A DNA stretch of 63,590 bases, counting the filler, from Hyphochytrium catenoides (lineage: Eukaryota > Protista > Hyphochytriomycota), in the NCBI GenBank assembly GCA_900088475.1. It is 10 parts of 10 records of this genome, joined end to end, with 100 filler letters (N's around TTAATTAATTAA, not from the genome) between each part and the next. Parts side by side here need not be neighbours in the genome. Positions count along the whole stretch, not along the records: positions 47,507 to 54,730 come from FLMG01000773.1; positions 54,831 to 58,383 come from FLMG01003137.1; positions 58,484 to 63,590 come from FLMG01002158.1; 7 more parts are not named here. One strand, 5' to 3'. A model generated the notes under the pieces. It saw only the letters and a program-made list of their open reading frames with translations. It was not told the origin of the DNA and did no database searches. Of this stretch, positions 49,963-62,714 are shown in pieces (the first letter of the stretch is position 1; each line of letters starts with the position of its first letter). The translations under genes and the position numbers were made by a program.

Positions 49963-51534
49963 GGGTCCTCTTCTCTCGCTCTTCACGAACATGATGCTTC
50001 CTCCTTCATGGACATTCGGCTTGTCTCTCCATCATCTGCTCTCTCCCTCCCTTTCTTGTCTCGCTCTCTCTCTTGTCTGACGTCCCTCTCTCTCTTTCTC
50101 TCTCTTCCCGTTCTCTCTTTTCCCTCCCTCTCTCTCTCTCTCTTCCCCCTCTATCTCACACGCATGCACAAAAGTCTGTCTTGGGAGGAAGCTCCAGAAA
50201 AGGAAGAGAAGGAGCGTTCTTTAGAGGAAAGCTCTTCCCTATCTTCTTCCTTTTTGCCTCTCTCTCTCTTGGCTTTGGACTTTTCTCTCTCTTGCAGCTG
50301 CGACAGGGAGAGAGACGCTTTCTCTCTCTCTATTCGGCAGCGTCCTCAAGATCGTTTAGACCTGCCGGTGAGGACAAAAGAGAGAGACAGACAGAAGAGA
50401 ATTGAAGATGGCAGGAGAGAAGCAAGGAAGAGAAAGAGAGAGAGAGAAAAAGAGAAAGAGAGAGAAAGAGTGTTCTAAACTTTAGCACTCTTTCCTCGCT
50501 CGTCGCCTTTCTCCCGTTCTTCCTCTAAGTGATTCTCTATAGCTCCACCTCCAGTTCTTCTTCTGCAGTAGCTGTCTTCTCTCGACGTCTCTTCTGGCCA
50601 TCTGGTTCTCTCTCTCTCTCCTTGATCCCGCTCTATTATTCTCTCTCTCTCTCTTATCTAGCGATCTGCGGTAACTCTGCTGAACAGGATTCTCTGAGTC
50701 GCCCATCCATCTTTTCCCCATCCTCTCCCTCGCTCACGCTCTCCTCTCTCTCTTTCTCTCTCTCTCTGTCTCTCTCTCTCTCTGTCTCTCTCTCTCTTCC
50801 ACCGTCCTTGCCTCTCACTTCCACGCAGATCCTGGTCTGGCGGCAATAATGGAGGAGAATGAGGAGCTGATGAGCCTGCTGAGCGGGGCTGGGATGTCGA
50901 AAGAGGTCTCTCTCTCTTTTTCTCTCTCTCTTCTCTCCCATTCCCTCTACGTTATTTTTTTACACTCAGAGATTCTTCCCTGTTTATTTGGTCACGAAAA
51001 ATATGCCATCTCTCTCCCACACTCTTTTCTTCTCTGGTCTCCTCATTTCTCTCTTCTCTCTCTCCCTCTCTTCAGCCCCCTCTCTCAGTCTTCTCTTCTT
51101 GCTCTCTCTCCCTTCCCTCCCCCTCTTTCTCTCGCTCTCCCTGTGGGCTGGAACACAGGCCTATAGTGATGATATAGCGTTAGGACAAGAGACAGAAGAG
51201 AAGAGAGAGAGAAGACAGAAATATCCCCTGCCTGTGGACTCTCGTCCCTCTTCTTGCCAACAGCAGACTTTCTCTTTCCCGGCAGACTGGAAAGTTTCCG
51301 TCATTATTCCTTTCAAGAATGATACTTGGAATAACCTTAGGTAAGAGAGAGAGAGAGAGAGAGAGAGAGGAGATTGAGAGAGAGAGAGAGACGAGAGAGC
51401 AAAAGCGAGAGAGGGAGAGAGAAGCCGTAGTTGTCCCTCTTCTCCCTCCTTTGTTCTCTGTCGTTTGCGATGATTACAGACTGGACCTCTCCAGTCTGGT
51501 CTCTCCTTGTTTTCTTCTTCTAGAGACGTCATCG

Positions 51535-51570
<36 letters not shown>

Positions 51571-52517
51571 AGCTTTTTGTGGTTTTCTCTTATGTCCCTT
51601 CTTGATCTTGTCTCTTCCCACGTAGTCATTTGTTCCTGACCTTTCTGCGTCCGAACTTATCTCCCTTCGCGGTCGCTTCGTTCCCCTTTTGCCGTCTCCT
51701 ACACTCCTCTGCCTCTCTCTCTCTTTCTCTCTCTCATCCGCTCTCTCTCGCTCTCTGGCGCCAACCTCCCAATTCCTCCGTGCTGCCTCTTCGTCTCTCT
51801 CGATGGCTTTCTCTCTCTTTCTCGTCTGGGGGCTTTCTCTCCGTTCTTTCTATAACTGTCCTTGCTTCTTCTTCTTCTCTCTCTCTCACTCTCTCTCTCT
51901 CTCTCTCTCTTCTTTCTCTTCTTTCTCCCTTTTCCTGGCAGGCGGTCTGTGTGGTCGATTTTGGATCGGACGCCTCCTTCTCTGCTGCAGGAGATCATCC
52001 TGATTGACGATTATAACGTTGAGGATCCGAATTTAGCCACGCCGTACCATTCACTTATCGAAAATATTGAGAGACTGCCTAGGAAGGTTAGACTCTATTC
52101 CGCAAGGTGAGGGAAGAGAGTCAGAGAGGGAGACAGAGAAAGAGAGACAAAGAGAAAGGGGGGAAGGGGAGAGAGAGAGAGACAGGGAGAGAGACAGACA
52201 GACAGACAGACAGACAAAGACAACAAAAGAGACAGAAACAAAGAGACGACAGGTAGAAAACAAGCTGAGGTGCCGAGAAGAAGAGCTTTGTATGGCGTCA
52301 AGAAGGGAAGAGATTGAAGAGCAAGAGAGAGGGAAGGGATTAGATGGAGGTAGAAAGAAGAAAGGATTTACTCCTACATCAGAGAAAAAGCAGAGAGAGA
52401 GAGAGAGAGAGAGTATGTGTACGTAGAGAGGAATGGGAAAGTAGACGGAGTTGGTGCGAACAGCGAAAGATAGTCCATCATTGCTTTCCCTCATAAGATT
52501 TCTATTTGTCTGTTGCG

Positions 52518-52550
<33 letters not shown>

Positions 52551-52765
52551 CCACACACTTTTTCTCTCTCTCTCTCTCTTTCTAGAGAGCGCTTGGGTCT
52601 GATCAAGGCAAAGATCTTAGGAGCTGAGCTAGCTCAATCTCCAGATGTGTTAATCTTTTTGGAAGCACATGTGGAGGCCAACAGGAACTGGCTACAGCCT
52701 CTTCTACACAGACTGCACGAGGTATCTCGTCTCTCTTTCCACCCACACCTCTCTCTTCCTCTCTC

Positions 52766-52800
<35 letters not shown>

Positions 52801-52904
52801 CTCAGCGATCGCAATTTGCATTCTTTCAGACTCTATGCATCCGTCGTCTTCCTTGTCTCCAACTTGCCCTTCTTTCCCTTTCCTCTGCCCCCAAAACCTG
52901 TCAT

Positions 52905-52968
<64 letters not shown>

Positions 52969-53367
52969 CTATTCATCTCTCTATCCTTCCCTCCCTCGCG
53001 CCTCGTTGTACTGTCCCCATTTATGGCCCTTCATCTCACCCTTTGTCCTTTTTCTTTCCTCTTTTCCTTCTCCTCCTCACCTTTCAATGTTCTCTCTCTC
53101 TCTCATTCTCTCCCTTTTCCTTTGCATTGTGCTCTTTCTCTTCTCTCTCGCTCTCTTTCTCCTAGTGTCCAAAATGTGTGGTCCTTCCTTCTATAGATAA
53201 TATCAATGACGACACGGGCCTGTACCAGGAAGCGGGAATCGCAAGAGGAGGATTTGACTGCACTCTCACCTTTAAATGGATTTCCATCACAGAGCAGCAA
53301 AAGGTGAGGGAAAAAGGGAGTAAAGGAAGGACAGAGAGAGAAAGAGAATAAAGAATGAGATAGATAA

Positions 53368-53404
<37 letters not shown>

Positions 53405-53495
53405 GAGAGGAAGATAAGAGTAGAGAGAAAGACAGAGAGAGAGAAGAGTCGAGGAAGAGAGAGAGAGGAGAGAATTGAGGAAGAGAGAGAGAAAA

Positions 53496-53540
<45 letters not shown>

Positions 53541-54309
53541 GAGAGAGAGGTCCAGGCTACCCTTTTTGTCTCTGTTCCACTTGTTTGGCGTTGGTATGAT
53601 CCTTAGCATTCTGGAGGTCACTGTTCTGGGGAGTTTCATTTTCTTCATCACAAGCATTTACTTCTTCTGTCAATTGAGGTTTTTTTCTCGTTCAAGGTGC
53701 TCACTTACTCGGCTCTTAACATTGTGATTTCTTTGGTTTATCTCTTTATTTTCTCTACTTCTTTCTTTCTCTCTCCTCTCTCTCTTTCTCTTCTTTTTCG
53801 TTGTAGACTGCCGCCCCCCACTTGCCCATCGCGAGCCCAACCATGTCTGGAGGGCTTCTAGCTCTTAGGCGGGATTGGTGGGAAGAGTTCGGGAAGTATG
53901 ACCCAGAGATGGAAGTCTGGGGAGCAGGTAGAGGAGACTCTTTCGGTTTCTTTTTCTCTCTCTCCTACTCTCTCTCTCTCCTACCACCGCTTATTGTTTT
54001 GTTCTTGGCTACTCACCATCTTCTCTCCCTGAAGTTGGTGAAGGAGGTCTTGCTTCTCGAATCTTCTGTTCCTCGTTGTCTTGACTCTTTGTTCTCTCTT
54101 CCCTCTCTCTCTCTCTCTCTCTTAGCTCTCGCCCATCTGCTTTCTGGAGTTTTTACCTGTTGGTGGTGGCCAATCTCTACCTTTCCTTTCTTCTCTTGGC
54201 CCGTCTCTCTCTTTAGATTCTAATCACCTTCTTCCGTGACAGAGAACCTAGAGATGTCTTTCCGGACATGGATGTGCGGAGGACGCGTTGAGATCCTTCC
54301 TTGCTCGAG
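49751..54309 (+). CDS. GALNT: Polypeptide N-acetylgalactosaminyltransferase (GT27, ppGalNAc-T); 3'-truncated
   Basis: Ten phase-compatible exons: 49751-49876, 50175-50367, 50662-50697, 50829-50905, 51159-51340, 51942-52106, 52586-52721, 53166-53303, 53807-53927, 54243-54309. Type II anchor. Motifs [80 protein letters not shown]. Confidence 0.93.
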
Positions 54310-54975
54310 GTAAGGCAAGCTGGTGGTTAAGAGACGGGCAAGACGAAGGAAAAGAGAGAGAGAGAGGAAAGGGAAGGGAAGAAAGGGTGCGATGAGCGGA
54401 ATAGAGAGACGCAGAGAGAGAAAGTTGAGCAAGGTGTGTTGGTCTTTTTCATTACTCTCTCTCTCTTTCTCTTGCTCTTTACTATCCTTCTTTTTTCTTC
54501 TCTTATTTTTTTGCTCTCTTCTTCTTGAGTGTGTCCTCGTCTCCCTCGATCCTGCTGCATTGTTCGGTCCTCTTTACTTATCACTCCGTTTCTCTTTCTC
54601 TATGTCTCCCTCTCTCTATATGTCTCTCTCGCTCTTTCTCTCGCTCTCTGTTTCTTTCGCTCTGTTTCTCTCTCTCTCTGTTTCTCTCTCTCTCTGTTTC
54701 TCTCTCTCTGTTTCTCTCTCTCTCTCTCCCNNNNNNNNNNNNNNNNNNNNNNNNNNNNNNNNNNNNNNNNNNNNTTAATTAATTAANNNNNNNNNNNNNN
54801 NNNNNNNNNNNNNNNNNNNNNNNNNNNNNNCTCCTTCCGTCTCGACCTCTCTCTCCTTGAACCTCCACCTTATCCTCTTACATTGTCGATAAGTAAGTGA
54901 TTCTTCCTTTCTCGCGACACTCATACTCTCTCTTTCTCTCTCTTTCTCTTGCTTGCTTGTGTCTTCTCTTTCCAG

Positions 54976-55338
54976 GAGAATAAGATCAAGGATCTGATCC
55001 AACGGCGTCAGCAGCTGGATGGCAATCTTTCGGTAGTGCAGCAGAAGAGAGAGAGAGAGCACAGAGTGAAGAAGCTGCACAATGACCTGGTCAAAGAAGA
55101 TAAACTGTCGAATGTCCAGAGGATACAAAGAGTGCAAGAGCACGTCAGGATCCAGACCCTGCAGAAGATTATGGATGAAGATGAGAGAAGCAGGAGAATC
55201 AAGGAAGAGAGAGACGAGCTCATCCGGAAGAGAAAGAAGGCGCAGCTCGATGCGCTCCTAAGGAAGCACGATATATCCGCGAAGGTGGAGAAGATGAGGG
55301 CGACGAATAAGTGGGAGTCTCTTCTTGAAGAAATGTAA
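54976..55338 (+). CDS. Terminal exon of a charged coiled-coil protein (trichohyalin-like / flagellar-type)
   Basis: TCCAG acceptor, then ENKIKDLIQRRQQ...EDKLSNVQRIQRVQEHVRIQTLQKIMDEDERSRRIKEER...NKWESLLEEM* (TAA). Confidence 0.7.
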   Translation, partial: ENKIKDLIQRRQQLDGNLSVVQQKREREHRVKKLHNDLVKEDKLSNVQRIQRVQEHVRIQTLQKIMDEDERSRRIKEERDELIRKRKKAQLDALLRKHDISAKVEKMRATNKWESLLEEM

Positions 55339-58074
55339 GTAGAACAAGAACAGACAATTCTCTAGGCTCATCTTTCTCTCCTCTTTCTTAAAATGAGTCT
55401 CTCTCTACTTTTCTTTCTCTCTCTCTCTCTTGCATTCTCATCCTTACCTTTCCCTGCGTTCAGGGAAAAACAGACAAATCTCTGGGCTCTCTCTCTCCTC
55501 TGTGTTGTGTCTCTCCTCTCTCTTTCTCTCTCTCTCTCTCTTTGATTCTCATCCTTATTTTCCCCTGCTTTCAGAGACAAGAATGACTCGAAGGCCAGTC
55601 GGGGAGACTCTAAAGGAAACGACCCCACGATAGGAGAAGGACTGGGACAGCAGGAAGCAAACTAGGCGACCTTTCAGAAAGAGTAGAGAAGTAGGAGAGA
55701 AGATAAATAGCATAGAGGAAACCTGTGGAACCTTGTCTCCTTCTCTCTCTCTCCTTCCACTCGGGAGCTGTTGGGGAGGGGCGCGAGATGGGTTGAGGTC
55801 AAGGATAAAGTCTTTCTCTGCCTCCTCAGCATGTGATCCTGGTATAGTTGGCTCAGGTCCAAGCATCATGTCCCACCTTGTCGTTTCTCTCTTTCTCTCT
55901 CTCTTCTTCTCTCTCTCTCTCCTAGGTCTTTGCATTTGGACCGCATTTGTATCAATAAACGACAGGACCATCTCTTAAGCATAACGGCCATTACCTGGAG
56001 CCCCTTTCTGTCGCCTTTCTCTCCTTCTTGTCTCTCTCTTCAGTCTCCTTTTTTGGGCCACATCGCTCTTTCCTCTCTTGCTTCTTTCCACACGTCACTC
56101 TCTTCCCCATACCAGTCTTCCTGCTCTGTCTCATTCGTGTCATAGCTGTGCTGGTCTCTTCCTTACGGATCCCTAGCTTCTAGAAGGCACTTCTTTTCCA
56201 GAAGGTGAAGCGGTGTATGAGACGGTGTCTCTCTCTCTTCCGTCATTCCCCTTTCCTCTCCCTCTTCACTCTCTCTCTCTGTCTCTCTCTCTCTTTCTGG
56301 AAACTTTCTTCTCTCTTCTGGCTTGACTTCATTCACATTATGCAGGCAATAGAAAGCGTCGATGCTAGATGTACCTCGCCGTTGTCCCTTCACATACTCG
56401 TCTAGCTGCAGAGTCTAAGGAGGACGAAGAAGGAGAGTCCGTCCGTCCCAGAGACACTTCCCCCCACACGCGTCCTCTCTCTCCTTCTCCCTGTTCTTCC
56501 ATATCTCTCTCTCTCTCTCCTGCTCTCTCTCTTTCTCTCTCTCTCTGTGGATGGCTTACGATGATGGATCGTTTCACGTTGACAGGACAAGGTTCCGGGA
56601 GAGAGAAAGGCGGCAACTTATGCCTCAGGTCTCTTCTGAGGAGGGTGAAGCGAGCGAGAGAAAGACAGGGGCATCAGCAGATGGTTGCCATCGCTCGAGC
56701 TGCTGAAAGGCCATTGTGTCCTCTCTCTAACCTTCTTTTGTCTCTGGAGAGCCAGCCGTCGGCGGTCCCTGCGCTGCTTTCCCTTCTAATGCGCAGCCGG
56801 AGCCGTCGTTCAAGAGCTTGGCAGTGCGTTAGATAGCAGGGAACACTTTAAAGGACGCACGTTGTGGCGAAGACTACCACCACTCTCTCTCTCTCTCTCT
56901 GTCCTTTTCTTTCTTTCTTTCTTCCTCTTTCTCTCTGTCCTTCTTCCTCCAACGAGTGGCTCAAAGGACATCGAGCGCTGGCGGGATCGAGAAGAGAACA
57001 GAACTAAGGCTGTAGGAGATGCTGCTATGCCTGTGATCGTCTCTGCCAAACGAGAGCTTGATCATCAGCCGCGCTGTCTCCTTTATGTTCAGAAAGGCAG
57101 TGCCTTCCTGTTATTAGGGGATCAGGAGCTTGAGTGACGCGGGCATTTAGACAGAAAAAGAGAGAGAGAGAGGGAGAGAGAAAAGAGAGAGAGAGAGAGA
57201 AACAGATCCACCACTTGCCCTCTCGTTTCTTGGTTACTAGTTCCCTTCCTCATTTGGCTCCACTTCCCTCTTCCTTTTCAGGTCTCTCTCTCGTTCTCTC
57301 TCTCTACTTCGTCCCTCCCTTCACTTCCCTCGCTTCCCTTTTCGTCTCTCTCCATCCCTCTCCATCTCTCTTCCTGCTTTTCTGTTCTTTTCTCCTGAAT
57401 AATCCCTTGTCCCTGTTCTTTTCTAGCTCTCTCTCTCTTTCTGCCTCCCTCTTTCTCACACCCTCTCCTCATCACCCTCTCTCTTCGTCTCCCTCTCCCC
57501 TCTCTCTCTCTCTCTCTCTCCACCTCCCTCTCCGCCTCCCTTTCCGCCTCCCTCTCCCCTCTATCTCCCCTCTCTCCTCTCTCTCCCTCTCTGTCTCTCT
57601 CTCTCCCTCTCTTCTCTCTCTCTCCGTCTCTGTCTCCCTCTCCCCTCTCTCTCCCATCTCTCCCTCTCTGTCCCTCTCTCCCCCCTCTCTCCTCTCTCTC
57701 CCTCTCTCTCCCTCTCTGTCTCTCTCTTCTCTCCCTCTCTCCCCCCATTGCCTTCCTTCCCTTCCTCTCATTTTTTATTTTCGGGGACAAGTCTGACCGT
57801 TACATTACCAGGCGCGGTGTAAAGGAGGGGGCAATCAGGACCAGCTTACCTTCTTTTGTCGCTTAATAGGCTCAACCCTCGGCTACCCTTTGTGTTTTAC
57901 TATAGGCTTGCCTTAGTGTAGGGCCTGTTTTCGATATTTAAAGATGTAAATGAACCGACAATGAGAACCTAAAATAGTCACCAAAAAGGACAAGCCGCCA
58001 GGGAGGAATGGTCCAGCACTTTTTTCCTCTCTCTCTCTCTCTNNNNNNNNNNNNNNNNNNNNNNNNNNNNNNNN

Positions 58075-58106
<32 letters not shown>

Positions 58107-58504
58107 TTCTCTCTTGCTTATCTTCCTCTCTCTGGTCCCTTTTATCTTTCGCGTGGACCTCTGTCTCTCCTGCGTCTCTCTTCCTCCACTTCCCCGCAAT
58201 CGTGCTGCGATCTCTCTCTCCCCTTCCACAAGATCATCTAATGTCCTATCTTCTCTCTCCTCCTATCTTCTCTCTCCTCCTCTCTTCTTCGCTGTCTTCC
58301 TTCTTGTCCCTGGTCTGGCTTCTTCGACACAACGCCCATCCTTACCACCTACTACCGCCCTTCTCCGTCTCTCTTCTTCTTCCNNNNNNNNNNNNNNNNN
58401 NNNNNNNNNNNNNNNNNNNNNNNNNNNTTAATTAATTAANNNNNNNNNNNNNNNNNNNNNNNNNNNNNNNNNNNNNNNNNNNNAGAGAGAGAGAGAGAGT
58501 TCTT

Positions 58505-58959
58505 CTTACGCTTTCTCTCCTTTAAAGTCGCTTCTAACTGTAACCCGCTCGGCAGATGCCCTGCAGAATCTCTTTAATACCATAGAGGGGAAGATGCCAG
58601 GAAGAGAGAGAGAGAAGGAGAGAGAGCAGAGCGGACAGGAAGGAGAGAAAGAGAAAGAAAGAGAAAGAGACAGGGAGAGAGAGTGCAAAAGCACATTGAA
58701 GCACTCAAGAAGAAGCGTCATGTGCTTTAACGGAGAGAGGAGAGAGTCTAGGGAGTTAAGGGACGAGAGAGAGAGAGAAAGAGAGAGAAAGAGAGAAAAA
58801 TGGAGAGGGGAGGGAGAGAGAGAGAGAGAAACCTTCTTTGTCTTGGGGACTTTTTCTGCAGCGCTTTCTCCATGGCTTCAAACTCTTCCGCCGAGCCGAG
58901 GAGAGAGTGAGAGAGAACTTTCCCTTTCTCATCTCGGCGTACTCCCTACATGTTAAAGA

Positions 58960-59004
<45 letters not shown>

Positions 59005-59145
59005 AAAAAAGAAGGGGAAAAGAGAGGGAGGGAACAAGGGGCCAAAGGCAGGGAAAAGGGGAAGATGAGAAAAAGCGATGAGAAAGAGGATGAAAGCGCA
59101 AAGATAGAGAGGCGAGGAAAGACAATAAAACGAGAGAGAAGAAGA

Positions 59146-59180
<35 letters not shown>

Positions 59181-59315
59181 TGAGTAGGAGAGAAGAGAAG
59201 GAGGCTTTTACCAATCCCGAGAAGAGAGAGAGGTAAAAAAATTGAGAGATACGATAGGCCAATAGGGACAGATACATAGGAAAGTGAGTAAGAGAGAAAG
59301 AAAGGAGGGCTGAGG

Positions 59316-59364
<49 letters not shown>

Positions 59365-59668
59365 CGGGGAATTGAGGAAGAGAGAGAGAGAGAGAAAGAA
59401 AGTGAGAGAGAGAGAGAAAAAAAAGAAGAGAGATAGAGAGAGACAGAGAAGAAGCGAATGCGGAAAGACTCTACCTGTGCTGCTCTACTGCTTTTAGCAG
59501 GAGAGAGAGAGACTGAAGGAGAGAGAGACGTCTCATCTCCTGCTCGAAGTTGCCTCGCAATCAGAAGTCCAGGTTTCTCTCTCTCTTGTCCTGACGGCCC
59601 GGGAAGAGAGAGAGAGGGAGGGTCTACCAGTGATTGTAGAGAGAGAGGCCATGAGCTAGGAAAGTTAG

Positions 59669-59736
<68 letters not shown>

Positions 59737-60193
59737 AGAAAGAGAGAAGGACGATAACAAACAATGAAGGAGAACGAGAGACAGAGAGAGGAGAACCCAA
59801 AAGATAAAGGAAAGAGAAAATGGGAGAGGAAAAGAGAGCGAGAAAGGGAAACAAGGAAGCAGAGAAGTATAGGGCGAGAAAGAGAGAGAGAGCGAGACAG
59901 AGCGTGAGGGGGAGAGAGAGAGAGAGACAGAGAGCGACCGAGAGAGAGAGAGAGACAGAGAGACAGAGAGCGAGAGACAGAGAGCGACCGAGAGAGAGAG
60001 AGAGAGAGAGCGAAAGAGAGAGTGAGAAAGAGAGAGAGATGCTACCTGTGCTAGGGCCCTGACTTGTCTTGAGTGTCTTTCGAATGAGGAAAACCTTGGA
60101 CTTTGGGCTCGGTGCCACCACAGGAGAGAGAAGAGGATTCTCATTTGCCTGTGTGGCTCCCAGTCTCTCTCTCTCCTTCCCAGCGCTTGACAT
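58505..60193 (-). CDS. Probable multi-exon gene of unknown function, 3'-truncated
   Basis: MSSAGKERERLGATQANENPLLSP...SQGPST|, DPPSLSLPGPSGQ...KSSRAAQ| and GIFPSMVLKRFCRASAERVTVRSDFKGEK| islands with GT donors between CT-rich introns. Confidence 0.35.
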
Positions 60194-61063
60194 CTCTCTC
60201 TCTCTCACTCTCTCTCTCTTTCTCTCTCCCTCTCTTTCTCTCTCTGTCACTTAAGGTTTACAGCTGAGTGCCATCAGAAAGAGGAATATCAGAAACACTG
60301 GCTGGATGCTTCATGTCTCTTCTTTCACTCTCTCTCCCACTCTCTCTCTCTTTCTCTCTCTTGGTATCAATCTGCCAATAGACTGTGGGAGAGACTATAT
60401 AGCCGTGAGGAAAGAAGACAGACATCTGCCGCTTTCTTCACTGTCTCTCTCTCTCTCTCTCTTGCTTTCTCCCTCAAATCTGGCGCTCCTCATCAGTCAA
60501 AGCGATGCTGCTTCGTCGCGTTTCTCTCTTCTACTGTGTATTCTTTTCTCTCCTTCTCCCTGGCGCACGCTCCTCCCTTTAATCTCTCTTTCTCTCTCTC
60601 TCTCTCCTGCGTTCATGGCTCCTCTCTCTTGTAGGTCAAGCTCTCTGCTTCCTTTTCGGGTTGGTCTCTCTCTCTCCCTCACTCTCTCTCCCCTCTCTCT
60701 CTCTCTCTCTCCCCTCTCTCTCCTCCTCTCTCTCTCTCTCTCTCTTTGTCTCCCTCTCTCTCTTTGTCTCCCTCTGTCTCTCTCTCTGTCTCTCTCTCTC
60801 TCTGTGTCTCTCTCTCTCTCTCTCTCCCCTTTTTCTCTCTCCAGAAAAAAGATGCTTCGCGTCCTTTCCCCAAAATAACGGCTGCGTCTCAAAATGCGCA
60901 GATATCCATGATAATATGATGTTTATTCTGTACCATAACATGATTAAGATTCCAAATACTTAGATTTATTATCAGGAATATAGCTCTTTGGGTGGAGCTT
61001 ATTTGGGTGCGGCCACGTGGCGTGATTACTGTAGAGGTGTTGAAGTTCCAGAAGGAAAGTAGA

Positions 61064-61105
<42 letters not shown>

Positions 61106-61621
61106 CACTGAGAGACAGAGAGACAGAGAGAGAAAGAGAGAGAGAGACAGAGAGAGAAAGAGAGAGAGGAGAGAGAAGAGAGAGATAGAGAAAGAGATAG
61201 AGAAAGAGAGAGNNNNNNNNNNNNNNNNNNNNNNNNNNNNNNNNNNNNNNNNNNNNNNNNNNNNNNNNNNNNNNNNNNNNNNNNNNNNNNNNNNNNNNNN
61301 NNNNNNNNNNNNNNNNNNNNNNNNNNNNNNNNNNNNAGAGAGAGCGGAAGAATTGTAAGAGATCGAGAGGGAGAGAAGAGAGAGAGAGCTCTGTGAATCT
61401 CTGCCCTCCCAGACAGCACAGCGCAAGCCGAGAGGACAAAGCTTCATAATCGTCGAAGAAAGAGAAGAATCTCTCTTAGAGAGAAAGAGAGAGAGAGAGA
61501 GAGAGGAAGAAGTCGAGAAGAGAGACGCGCCAGTCTTCGTCTTTCTCTTTCCTTCCCATATCCTTCCCTCTATCTCTCTGCTCAAGGGCTCGCGTTGTCC
61601 AGTCTTTTAACTTGTTTTCCG

Positions 61622-61924
61622 ATGCTCTGTCTCGTGCCCAAGTCCGTGGCCGTCCTGGCCTGGACGTTTCTTCTTCTCTTTGGCGCTGCTGCGGCCGCGA
61701 GTTCCTCGGTCATCGAGCTCAATGACAGCAACTTCAAGTCTAAAGTCCTGGTAAGATGTCTCTCTTTGTCTCTCTCTCTTCTCTCTGTCTCTCTCTCTCT
61801 CTCACAGTCTTTCTCTCTATCTCCCGCTCTCCTGCCTGTTCCCTGTCATTCTTTCTCATTATCCCCTTTCTCGCTCCTCGGTCTCGTTGTAGCACCGCTA
61901 ATTTTTGTTATCTTCCTGTCTTGG

Positions 61925-61993
<69 letters not shown>

Positions 61994-62672
61994 CTCTCTC
62001 TCTCTTTCTTTCTCTTTGTCTCTCTTCTATCATGGCTAAAGTGGGTTGCTATCTCATCCTTTGCCACAGCTCTAGGACTGTTTGCCTGTCTAGCTATCGC
62101 CTAACTCTCCCTTGTTTTTCTCCGTTTCTCTCTCTCTCTACCTCTCTCTCTCTCCCCCTCTCTACTTTGCTACCAACTCTCTCTCCATTCTCTCTCCCTC
62201 TCTCTCTCTCTTGAACGTTCTCCTTCCTCATGTTCATGTCCTCCCCTCTCCATAATCTTTTTGACTGTCTCCTGATCTTCAGAAAGATGACGGCGTGTGG
62301 ATGGTAGAGGTGAGGAGAAGATGCCTAAAGCTTCTCTCTTTCTCTCTTTCTCTCTCTCTCTCTCTCCTTTTTCCCGGGTGGTTTTCTCTCTTTCGTTTTC
62401 CCTTAAGTTTTCTGTCCCTCCCTTGCCATCTATCCCTCCTTTACTCTCTCTCTCTCTATTCTCTCTCTCTCTATTCTCTCTCTCTCTCTCTCTCTTTCTG
62501 ACTTTCTGAATTTTTGTGCATCCTTGTCTCTCCTTCTCTTTGTTCTCTACGTAATAGCTTTCGTTTCTCTTCCTCTTCCAGAGCTTGAATATTAGGACGC
62601 ATCCTCCTTCTCTCTCTTACTCTTTTGTTTTTCTGTCCTCTCTTCCTCTCTCTCTCGGCCTCCCCTCCTCCC

Positions 62673-62714
<42 letters not shown>

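Noticed and set aside
34288-52670. Glu/Asp codon reassignment suggested by D>E at conserved motifs in both glycosyltransferases
   Set aside because: GAA/GAG encode conserved Glu elsewhere (APEWEKAA, WGAENLE, WFHEV) and GAT/GAC encode conserved Asp (DAD, HHD).
14566-58483. Regularly recurring TTAATTAATTAA motif as a biological repeat or CRISPR-like array
   Set aside because: It is always centred in exactly 44+44 Ns, so it is an artificial contig-joining linker. No repeat-spacer array or cas gene was seen.
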